In this document: piece after piece, positions 26,590 through 36,969 of the stretch
How positions within the stretch are numbered: the stretch's first letter is position 1
Layout of the letters: the number at the start of each line of letters is the position of its first letter
Origin: Vitrella brassicaformis CCMP3155
Taxonomy: Eukaryota > Protista > Chromerida
Reading direction: 5' to 3'
Assembly: GCA_001179505.1 (NCBI GenBank)
Contig: CDMY01000492.1
Coordinates: 1 to 64,000 of the forward strand
DNA length: 64,000 nucleotides
Notes under the pieces: model-generated
The model's input: only the letters and a program-made list of their open reading frames with translations
Database searches by the model: none
What the model was told of the DNA's origin: nothing
Made by a program: the position numbers and the translations under genes

Positions 26590-27800
26590 TCTCGAGGCCT
26601 CAGGTGCGGCTACAGCAGCGGGTAAGCGACCAGCTGCACAAGTTCCGCTTCAATGAGCTCTTCAACTCCCTCCCGCCGGACGGCAGAGCCCGCGCCCGCC
26701 TTTTGAGCTGTCGAGGACCTCTCTCATCTGGTTGGTTATCCGGAATCCCTTCCAGCGACCACAAGTCCCTGAACAACTTCCAGTGCCGCCTTCCCGTCGC
26801 CGAGTGCCTCGGCATCGCCTTCCCGCACGCGACCGTCACGCAGCGATGCATCTGCGGTGACGAGGTCGATAACCACTACTTTGTCTGCCACACAGCCCGC
26901 GTGTGCATTACGAGACACAACAACATACGCAACTTGTTTGTTCGCATCCTGGCTGAGGCTGATGTTCCCTCCAACGTGGAGATGCCCCTGCAGAGCCTCG
27001 GCATCACCCCTCCGGACGACAATCCCAACAGCCAGCGCGTGGACATCTATGGCGTGATCGACGGCCACGATTACATGCTCGACGTGACCATCACCCATCC
27101 CTGCTGACCTGACGCATCCACTATCCCCTCCCACGGGACGGTGAGCCGGCCGGCGCGAAACTTTCAGGTAGCAAAGCAGCCCAACTTGCGGAGAAGAAGA
27201 AGATCGACAAGTATGGCTGCCCCTCAAGCAGCCGGCTTTCGCTTTGTCCGTCTCGCCGCGGGGGCATTTGGCAGAGGGGGAGAGCAGACAAGTCTCAAGA
27301 TGCTCGCCAAGTGGAAGCCTTGCCCCACCTCTATTCCTGCTGACGAAGATGGGGCTTCTCGAGAGAGCGTCATCAACCATTGGAGCCAGCTCCTGTCCGT
27401 GAAGCTGACAAAGCACAACGCTTTTGAAGTGGCCAGTTGTGCGCAGCGCCGCCAGAGGGCCGCGGAGGGCCAGCGCTTTCCAGAGGACTTCGTCAGCCGC
27501 GGGCCATACAGGCCGCACACCAACCCCGCCTCGGGGCTGTAAGGTGGCTGGCTGGCTTCGGATGCCGTGTGCATCGTGTTGCATGTCTCGTACTTGTGTG
27601 TTTGCAGTGAATCCTGTGTGTGCCTGCACCGTGTGTCTTCGCACGGATGTGTGTCCTGCGTGGCGTGCAGTGGTTGAACGTCTGTTCTTTGGTTTGCAAT
27701 GTGTGTTTCCCGTTGCCCTGCGAAGTTTGCTTGATTCGATCGTCGGTGTCTGGATGAGGCTTACCAACTACGTCGCCCCTTCTTGGTTTTACTGCAAAAA
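26590..27800 (+). mobile_element. CRE family A, 5'-truncated copy
   Basis: RARLLSCRGPLSSGWLSGIP, CICGDEVDNHYFVC, RHNNI, QRVDIY..DVTITHPC*(TGA 27105)PD, ...FPEDFVSRGPY..*27542, then a GT-rich UTR. Confidence 0.85.
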
Positions 27801-27829
27801 CAATGGTTGCATACGATATGAAGCGACAC

Positions 27830-28038
27830 GGGGGCTCACAAAGCGGACGAGGGACTTGTGCGACGCGTATAGGGGCCTCGGCTGAGGAAGTCCTCTGGAC
27901 TGAAGCCCTTTTTCTCTCGGGTCCTCCTGGAGATGCGACATATTTCGCGCAACTAGCCACCTGGAACGCGTCGTGCTTTACGAGCTCCACGGACAAGAGC
28001 CGCGCTAATAGTTGATGATACGAGCTCCACGGACAAGA
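27830..28038 (-). mobile_element. CRE family A, extreme 3' end, inverted
   Basis: The minus strand reads LSVELVKHDAFQVASCAKY and FSPEDFLSRGPYTRRTSPSSAL*, matching the C-terminus of the other family-A copies. Confidence 0.75.
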
Positions 28039-28440
28039 AGAAATACCACTCGGCCGTCCGCGACTCCCGCATGACCTTCTGCCCTCTGGTGGTGACGTGT
28101 GACGGTGTGTGGGGACACGGTGCCAACGTGTTCATCGCCCACATGGCTCATGCGCTGTTGGAGAAGGAGGGGTGGAAGGGACGGGGATTCAGTCATGTGT
28201 CTGGATGGATTCGCTCGCGTTTGTCTATCGCCCTCGCGCGTGCGACTAGCTACTGTCTGCGTGGGGGAGGGAGGGGAGGGTTTGCGGGGCTGGGGTGTTG
28301 TGATGGGGCGGGGATCGATCCCTCCTCCCCTTGAGCCTGTCCGATTGTTTGACTCTGCGTGGTGGTGGGACTGTATTTATATGAGTGTCACGGACACACA
28401 GACAATTGTTATGGTTAATGCACGTTGTCTCATTTTCGTG
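28039..28440 (+). mobile_element. CRE family B, 3'-end fragment
   Basis: KKYHS..FCPLVVTCDGVWGHGAN..GWIRSRLSIALARATSYCLRGG (ORF ends 28334) is homologous to the C-terminus of 54049-55113. Confidence 0.8.
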
Positions 28441-28755
28441 TATGTAGCGTGATCTGCGGGCGATACTCGCGAGGCTGTATGGCTACCGAGACTTGAGTGA
28501 ACAGCTGCCCCCCTGAATGCCCAGCCGGCTGGATGACCTTGAAGCTTAATAGATTGGCGAAATCAAGCCTGCTGCGATTGTTGTCCCACCGCGTCCCGGC
28601 TTTTTCGAACCCGCAAACTATGAGGTGACCTCGAAGCTTCTCCAGCGGGCGAAACCGCCGGACAGCCTGAGTCGAAGCTTCCCCGCTAAGGTCGGGCCAC
28701 GATTCCATTACGATTCCACCGAGCCTCAATTCGTTGAGGGAGCTGTCGGGAAGTA

Positions 28756-29301
28756 TTGACCAAGGAGCGCCTCAGTATGCCATTGATTCGGAAAGTGGGC
28801 CAAGCTGTAGACAGACTTTGGGAGAAGAAAGGATCCCTTGGCATCAGGTCCTCCAGAGTGAAGACGAAGGCGACCCTTCTCGGCCTCGTCGAAGGCGGCT
28901 ACGAGTCATTGCGAAAAAGCGGATTCGGCCCCTACCTGAGAGAACACCGTGATGGCTTTGGGGGTGTCATCAAGGATATCCCTTCCGATGACAAGGCAGC
29001 GGAGAGAAAGCAAGCAAGCTCCAAGAGGCAGCTCCTACGTCGTCGCATTGTATCGGCTTTCTTGGAGCTTCAAACCATGCTGATCGGCCTCGCTATGTGT
29101 ACCTTCAGTATTATGGCCTACTACGACATCACAGAAGTCAATAAAATCAGCGCCAAATGGCTCATGTATGTGTTCGTGTCTGCCGTGGGTCTGTTCGTCG
29201 CAACAGCACTTTTTCTTGCAGTTGGCTCTTCATGTATTCGCGTACACCAGTATGCTGAGGGCGAGGGTGGGGAGGACGATGAAGATGAGGAAGATGCATA
29301 G
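28756..29301 (+). CDS. Hypothetical small membrane protein (two or three hydrophobic segments, acidic tail); may be a terminal exon
   Basis: 181-aa ORF ...LIGLAMCTFSIMAYY..WLMYVFVSAVGLFVATALFLAVG..GEGGEDDEDEEDA*. A close paralog lies at 55352-55910. Confidence 0.45.
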   Translation: MTKERLSMPLIRKVGQAVDRLWEKKGSLGIRSSRVKTKATLLGLVEGGYESLRKSGFGPYLREHRDGFGGVIKDIPSDDKAAERKQASSKRQLLRRRIVSAFLELQTMLIGLAMCTFSIMAYYDITEVNKISAKWLMYVFVSAVGLFVATALFLAVGSSCIRVHQYAEGEGGEDDEDEEDA

Positions 29302-30874
29302 CCTTACTCATCCTGCTATACAAGTACCTCTATCTGTGTACATGTTCGTAGTGTAAGGATCAGTGGATTTGCAGTGAGGCAGGTAAAGGCCGAAGCCTCA
29401 TTCATGCATGGAGTGGCGCTCTATGGTTGAAGAGCAGAAAAGACCGTACGGAACAATGGATGTGTGCAGCCACTTTCCTTCCGTAGCTAGCGGTAAAGCA
29501 GCCGTTGCAATAGTAGGGAGATGTCAATACTTCGGTATGCATGAAAAACGACTCGAGGACTATCTGGCTTCGGTTCTCCTGTATTGAAAGCGGAAGCCTT
29601 TCTTATGCTCATATCTCTCAAGTTGATCCATCTCGGTGTCGAGTAGAATTGTTTTCGCACAGGCATTTTCCTTCTTTGGAAGGGTCGACGCGTGCATCTC
29701 CAGGTGTGTTAAGGACCACCAATCTGGATTAAACCAGCGAAGATTGGTTATCACCTGTTACAAGTCAATTCAGCTTTTTACTCACCTTCCGAAGCTGCGT
29801 AGAGTTTTGGTCTTTGGTATTTTCTGGTGCACACCCGCCATGAGCAAAGCAAGACCCACAGATATTCGACTGGCCAACACTTACTAAGTTCGTGCGACTC
29901 ACAAGTATGTAAACGCATGGCTAATCGATGTTTGACAGCACTTGCAATGTTGTTCGTTGTATCTTCTTGCGCAAAGGCAGCAATCACGCCAGCTACCTCC
30001 CTCGGAGCTTTGAGTCATGCGGCACGCACAAACAAAGAGTCTGACCGCCCTCGTATCTTCGTGTCTCCCTTTGATAATAGAAGTGCAGCACACCCTAAGA
30101 GGGAGAGAATGCAAGAGATAGGTGCTTGCATGAGGAATGATGTACTTATGTACCTTGTCATCAATGTGCCCTGCCAATGAGAGAGGTCACCTGTCATGAG
30201 ACAACAGCCTACAGAGACACACAGCTCGCAGACAGGCGCATCATGATGTGTGTGTGCCAACGTTTGTGCATATCTGTGTGGGACTTATCGATTGTGATGG
30301 TTTCAATCGATTGGATTGAGGCATGGCATTCAGTGCTTCAAGCACGGGAAAATCAAGTGTCTGGCTGTCTCCTCGCTCTCGAGTCCCCCCATCTAGGCAC
30401 AGCCCGACCCCTCCCCCTCCCTTCTACTCACAGACGCATGCATGCATATGTGCATCCACACGTGCACACGTGTGTGGGATCTGAGCATGCCTGGGCACTC
30501 TCAGTGCATGGACCAAACACGCCACATGAAGGCGAGTGCATGCAGCTTGCACACCACTCAATGTCGGGTCAGCCGACAAATTGGTTGCATCAGTGAGTCA
30601 CTGGCACACCGTCTGAGGTGTGCAGGCAGAGGTCACAAGCGACCCCCTCTCTCCCCCTCCCCTACTCACGTCAACACGTGTTTGTCACACGCAGCAGTGG
30701 GTCTGTCTCTCTGACCATTGCAAGTGACACACCTGACTATCATCCATCGTCCTGGTGCCTTTCTACCCGTCATGTATGCATGTCAGGAGCCTCAGCTCCG
30801 TCAGCATGCAATGAATCGGTGAGGCTACCCCTCACCCGCCTATGTACTCAGAGCTACCGGTCTGTGTTGGGTGT

Positions 30875-33690
30875 CTACCCCCACTGGATGCCGGAGTCCG
30901 GGTACCCGCCCATCATCGGAGCGGACGAGCCCTCATAGCCTCCCCCGCCGCGTCCGCCTCGCCCGCCGCCTCGCCCACCGCCCCTTGACCAGAAGGGGCC
31001 TGAGGGGCACACACATATGCACTCATGGGCGGTGATTGGCGGTTTGACGCGTCTGCCGTACCGTTGTGGTCGCCTTGGCCGCGTGGCGTCTCTGGGCGTG
31101 TGCACTTGAAGGTGTCCTCTGATAAAAGCAACACACGCCAGCGTGCATGGCCTCGCAGGGGTGAGCTCGATTGTCCTGCTCACTTGGCTTGGGAGGTGCC
31201 TTGGGGAACCCCACCCCGCTCTCAGAGGCCGACTGCTGGGCCTTGACCTCCGCAGCGATCAGGGCCAGTGCCAACTCCAACTTAAGGCCGTTCTCGATGC
31301 CCCCGAGGCTGAGGATGCCCTCGATGGCCGCACTGGTGATGCGCCAGTGCTGGAGGGCCGCGTAGGGGCTGTCCATGCCCTCTCGCTCGGGCATCCTCCT
31401 CAGCACCACATCCCCGTCGGTGGTGGGCTCCTGCAGCGAGGCAGGCACCTCGTTGCGGCTGACAAAGTGGGCCGTGCCGTTGTTCATGGTCAGCTCGCGC
31501 GCCAAGTCGTCCGCCACTTCCCAACTCACGCGATGGGGCCCGACGCTGATGCCGATGGCGGGCAGCTCGGGGTCACGGGATGACCTGTTCAGACGCAGTT
31601 GTAGGCTAGGGTGGAGGCGGCCTGGTGTCGGTGCGCTGCCGGGCATGGGATGGTGGTATGTGTGGCTGTGGGGGCCGAGGTTGGGGTGGTGTGCGGAGCC
31701 GTTGAGGTTGGAGTTGTGGTCGTAGCTGTGCGGGGGAATGGCACCGGTGCCCGGCACCATCGGCATCCCCATGCCACCCACCAACGCACCTGCAACAAAC
31801 ACATGGCCAAGTAAGGGCATGTGTGGCGTGACGAGTGTGCGTGAGGCATTCTCACCGTTGTCCATCGTCATGTGCGGCGGCATCTGCATGGTGGGTGGCG
31901 CCATGGAGAAAGCCGTCTGCGTGACGGACGATGCGGGCGGACCATCCATCGCTGCGGCCACCATGGGCGGACCTGCTCACCCCACACACGCACCAGCCCA
32001 CCAAGATGTGCATGCATTAGCATGTGCGAGCGAGCGTGTGTATTCGTCCTTCTCACCGTGTGTGGTGGGGGCACTTGACGACGCGCTCATGGTGTAGTTG
32101 GTCGGGGTGGTCTCGCCTGACGGGACGTCTGACACCGACACCCACACATGGCATGGATGCATTCACGCCCTTCTCCCTTCCTCCCGACCGATGCCCACCG
32201 GAGGATGGCCCTGAGTCAGTCCCAATGAGGCCACCACGCAGGAAGAACTCTCGGCTGATGTTGTAGCCCGCTAAGGGGGGCCGGACGCCTTGCGCGAAGG
32301 CTTCCAACTGCGCCTTGAAGTGGGCGTGCTTGTTGAAACTCTTGCCGGTGGTCTCTCGCAGGCGTTTGGTCTGTTCGTGCTGCCACTGGATGCCTGACAC
32401 GGACAAGACACATGCATTGTGTGTGTGCGTTGCGGGTGGATTGACCACCTGGTGCGTTCATGTCCTTCCGACACTCGCACTCGGTCGGATCCACATCGAA
32501 GGAGTAGCGAGGGATGCTGGTCAAAACCACCTTCTTCGTGTCACGATACTCCTTCGCGCGGCCTGCACGCACACAGAGAAGCCACATGAGCGCATCTCAT
32601 GACACTCACTTCCCGACCTCGTCCCCTCACCTCCGGCGAGATCGACGTAGGTATCGAAGATGAAAAACTCGCGAGGGGCGCCAGGCTCTCGTTGCTTCAC
32701 CCTCACACCACCATGGGTGGCCACGTAGACAAACCCGCCCCTCTCCATCTCGAAGAGGTTTTCCTTGCTGTCCAGGTGGTCGACGGCCGTGAAGACCTCG
32801 CTCAGGTGTCTCTGTGACATCGGGTACAGCGACAGGTCTGGCCCGCCGTACTTCTCCCTGATGGCGGGGACACAGCCGGTGAGCGTCTCCCCTATCATGT
32901 CGTAGCGCTCCTCCTTGAACTGCTCGCTCTCTGCATAGACCCGTCCACAGACAAGGAGAGGCATGTGCGTCTTTTCCCCTGCCCCCCTCTCTCTGTTTCA
33001 CTCGTGCTGTGCGCACCTTTGAATGCCCCTTCATGGGAGCTCATCTGCTCGTCCTTGGCGTGCGAGGTGGTGCCCGCCGCACCACCATTGCCGCCCTCGT
33101 CCACAGCAGGCTGCTCCTGCCCCTCTACAGGCTGTGTCATCTCCTGCATGACACACAAGCAAGGCACACATCAAGGAGCCGGACCGTGTGTGTCCGATGT
33201 CTCGACAAGGATGACTCGCTCATCCGCTCCGTGCACAAGAACATACACGCATGCTGCCATGCATGGCTCTTCTCTCTCTCTGGGAAGCCCGTGGTGCGCA
33301 AAGGCATGTGCAAGTTCGCGAGTATGTGCATCTCACCGTGTCGTGCTGGTCTTGAGGTGGCACTACGGTGCCCTCCTCTCCAGTGGGAGGCACCACTTCC
33401 CCCTCCTTCGGCACTGTCGACATGACGATGCCCACTCGCCACTAAAGGTCTCGCAGTTGATGAGCTGCCCACGGACCGACAACTACACGTACCCTCCTCC
33501 TCTCAGCATGAACTGAGAGGTCGCAGGGAGGGGGATGGACGCTGCGGCTGCTGCGAGCTTTGGCAGTGGTTTGACGGGAGAAAGTCTCGAACTTCCCCGG
33601 GGCCCTGTATGCATGCAATGGGGGCCGCAAGCTTGGCTCAGCCAAGGGCCTTCCTCGTGGGCGTGGACCTGTCGTACTGTCTGCCAAGGG
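30875..33690 (-). CDS. Multi-exon hypothetical protein with a Pro/His/Gly-rich linker and a C-terminal RGG motif
   Basis: A chain of GT-AG-bounded coding blocks: EERYDMIGETLTGCVPAIREKY.., KVVLTSIPRYSFDVDP, GIQWQHEQTKRL.., DPELPAIGISVGPHRVSWEVADDLAREL.., SRGGGRGGGRGGRGGGGY. Start and end are approximate and no family was recognised. Confidence 0.6.
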
Positions 33691-35189
33691 CGATTCCTTG
33701 TTGTTTTGCGGCCGTGGTCACTTCCTGCCGCCCCGTGTGGCTGCTCCACTCTTCCTCTTCCCTCCCTCTTGCTCATCCACCAAGGCCGCTTTTCCTCGGT
33801 CTTCTGCCTCTCTACTTCACCTTCTCCCTCACCTATAACGATGGTGACGGTCGGTAATGGCATTTGCACAGAATGCCGCACTCATTTTCCTTGGTGTGTG
33901 TCTGTCGGTCGGTATGCGTGTCTCTCGTCGATTTCTTGCACTACTCGTGTCTCCAGGCTAGGACGGGCTGGTTTTCGTTTTCGCGGGTTGTGTATTCACT
34001 GGTCGAGTCACGGAAAAGGGACACATAACCGCGGAAGTCCCTGAAAACACACACATCCGTAATCGGTAGACGAGCCAAAAAGAGACCTTTTTCCCTTGCG
34101 ATTCTGTGTCGGCATGGCGTGAATGGACAAAGACTCGTGTGATCTGGACCTGTGAAGATCCCCACACATCCAGCAGCAAGCAGCGCGTCGGGCAGGGCAA
34201 CATCCATCCCCTTCTCGGATCTCTAGTTTGTTGGCCTTCATCTCATCCTCTTCATCGGACGGGCACCAATCCCACCCATCTTCCCTCATCCACGGTAATA
34301 GGAAGGCAGGCAGATCTCCACGGGGAGAAAAGCAGACCATGGCACGTGAGGCAGGAGGCACAGGCGAGCCCAGAAGCGTGTGGTGGCTGTTAGCTCTCGT
34401 GCGTGTAGGGCTGAAGTTATGGTAGGCATCCCCGTTCGTGAACTGCAGCAGAGGCGTCCTCTGCTCCTCCTGCCTCCGGCTGCAGCAGAGGCTGTCGAGA
34501 GAGAGGACTGAGGCACGGATGGGGGGTGTCTGCCATGATGGACACCTGAACGGGATCCGGGATGGATCTATGGATGGGCAACTCCATGGGGCTGCCGGCT
34601 CTGAGCCGCACGTCAGCACTGAGGGCGAGGTGGACACTCGTCAGCTCAAGGATAGAGGGATGGCTTGGTCTTTCGAGTCAGCGACCACAGGTGCTATGGT
34701 CATGCAAGCAAGGCAGGGGTGGTCCACCTTTTGGCTGGGCCCTTACCGCAGCGTTTGGTTGTGTTGGCCCGCGTGATGGCGAGGGTGATCCCTCGTCGCG
34801 GGGCGTCGGCGTCGTGCGGCGCCCAGCCTCACAGACACACCTTCGAGTAGATTCTTCAGCTTACTGTCGGGAATCACGGGTCGATCCAGCCGCCTTGAGA
34901 AGGGTGCTGGGTGGAGCCTTGAACCAACACCGTGATTACATCATCCCTGGCACGTCACACGCATAGATGAAGAGCACATGTGGTGTCAAGCCATTTTTGT
35001 GTACTTCTTTGCGTCTGCTTTAATCAGATTGGACATGTAGAGCCGTTTGAAGAGTTGCACTCTCAGTCGCGATCCGCCGAGTGTTTCTGGATCAGACTGA
35101 ACTACTCACCCACTCAACAACCTCTCTGGGCGCCTCCATGGTGTGGGTTTCATGCTTGTCGCGTGCCGTCCTCTGTGTGCATGGATTAG

Positions 35190-35900
35190 ATGGGGGATAG
35201 GCTGTCGTGTGTGTGTGTGGTTCTGCGAGTCGGTGCCTGTGGGTTTGGGCGCGTGTGCGTGTGTGTGTGTGTGTGGGTGTGTGGGCGGGGTGTGTGTGTG
35301 TTGTGTGTGTGGGCCGGTGTGTGTGTGGTGAGGGGTGTCTGTGTGTGTAGGGACATGTGTCTGTGCGCTTGCGTGTGTTATGCCGTCGCGCCCGTCGATT
35401 TTCCTGCGGTGATTTTCGAGGAGATGCTTGCGTGTATCCGCGGGGTGACCGCCTCTCGTCGCCTCCCGCCTCAGGGGCGTGGGGCGACGTGGGCACGGCT
35501 GCTCGCGGCCGTATCTGAGCTTCCCTTCTCTTCGTGTCCAGGGTATTTGCCGCTGGCCGGTCGATCTGCGCTGTCTGTCTCATTCGTACCGGGCGCATGT
35601 GGTTACGTGGCGCTGTAGCGTGGTTCGCACGTCACCAGGGCCCCTTCCTATGGCCGCGTGGCCGCCGCCTGCCGGCCGTCTGAGGGGGTGACGTGCATGC
35701 TTCAGTGCGCATCTGTCTTCATGTTGTCGCCCTTTCCGTGACTCTGCAGATTCGCCGGCCTGCTTCTGCCCTTTGCGTGTTGCTTGTTGCTTGTTGCGTG
35801 TTGCGTACTGTGTGTCGCGGGTTACATGTTGCGTGTCGGACAAGCAGGGGACCAGGCCGTCGGCCACCTAGGGCATCGCGAGAAACCGCTCCCCCCGTTT
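35190..35900 (+). repeat. GT-rich repeat related to the tail of the 36970 CRE copy
   Basis: Shares gatctgc(g/a)ctg(t/a)ctg and ggccgtc(a)ggccacctaggg..gaaaccgct blocks, and GT-rich composition, with 38650-39350. Confidence 0.5.
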
Positions 35901-36184
35901 CTGGATCACAGATCGATTGCACTTAGGTGCACTCTACATGTTAAGGATTGATGATCTACGACGGACTGGATGGGCAGGGCATGCAAACAGTGATCGAATT
36001 GGAGGGACAGCTAGTTTAGTTCTTAGTATGCATTCTTGATGGACTCCTCGTGCCGATGCGCTTTTCGTCAACCACGTTCTCCCCCTCTTGACGACTATTG
36101 AGAGGCAGATCGATGAACGATAGAGGCTTGGGAAGTCCACAGCTCTCTACACACAAGCAGGCACACAAAAGGTGACCCTTCTGC

Positions 36185-36330
36185 CGTATACAGACACTCC
36201 AAGTCGACGCGTGCATGCGCAGATGTGCGCACAGAGATATTCGACATATGCACTTCAAGTCGATGGGTGTTTGCGCAGGTGTGCGCACAGAGATATTCAT
36301 TCTATACACACACTCCAAGTCCAGACATGA
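36185..36330 (+). repeat. Isolated short copy (~2.5 units) of the 60-bp minisatellite
   Basis: tacagacactccaagtcgacgcgtgcatgcgcagatgtgcgcacagagatattc... Confidence 0.85.
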
Positions 36331-36969
36331 AACTGACAATACGCCTCATTCTTGCTAGAATAAAGAATTTATCGTGAACGCATCAACTCAGCGTTTCCCC
36401 ACACGCTCTCACAAAAAGAGAGAAAGACGGAAACAGCAGAGTGTGCCAACGATCGATCGAGGCATGTGTAATTGACAGAAACGATGGAGTGCTGCTGTTG
36501 TTGCGAAGTGCTCATGATGCCCTTCGCCCCTGTCTGTGACCCTGATGAAGGCGCTCGGCTCAGAGAAGTGGACGTGTGTGGACGTGTGTCGGGATGTGAT
36601 GGACGGATGGATTGGATGTCGTGGACCGTGTGCTGATGGAGAGGATGCCGCCTGGATGAATGGATGAATGGATGGTGCTGGTGCTGATGCTGATGGATGG
36701 CAGGCTGAAGGATAGTAGTTGTGTGTAGGCAAGCATGACGATAAGCCGTAGATACGCACAGCGAGAGGCAGGGCAGAAAGAAGCGCTAGATAACCCCGCA
36801 TTGCATGCATGCGTGGGCTTGGGGGCGTAAGACAGGAGATAGCAGCAGTTGGCCGAGCGAATTAGTGCCGTTGCGTTTCATGATTCGTTGTTGATCCTCC
36901 GATATGCCAACAATCCTGTGTTCGACGATGAAGGGTCACCGATGGTGCCTGATGAGCCACACGAGATAT

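Noticed and set aside
29916-30180. Signal-peptide-like ORF MANRCLTALAMLFVVSSCAKA
   Set aside because: No downstream exon chain or family motif could be built, so there is too little support to call a gene.
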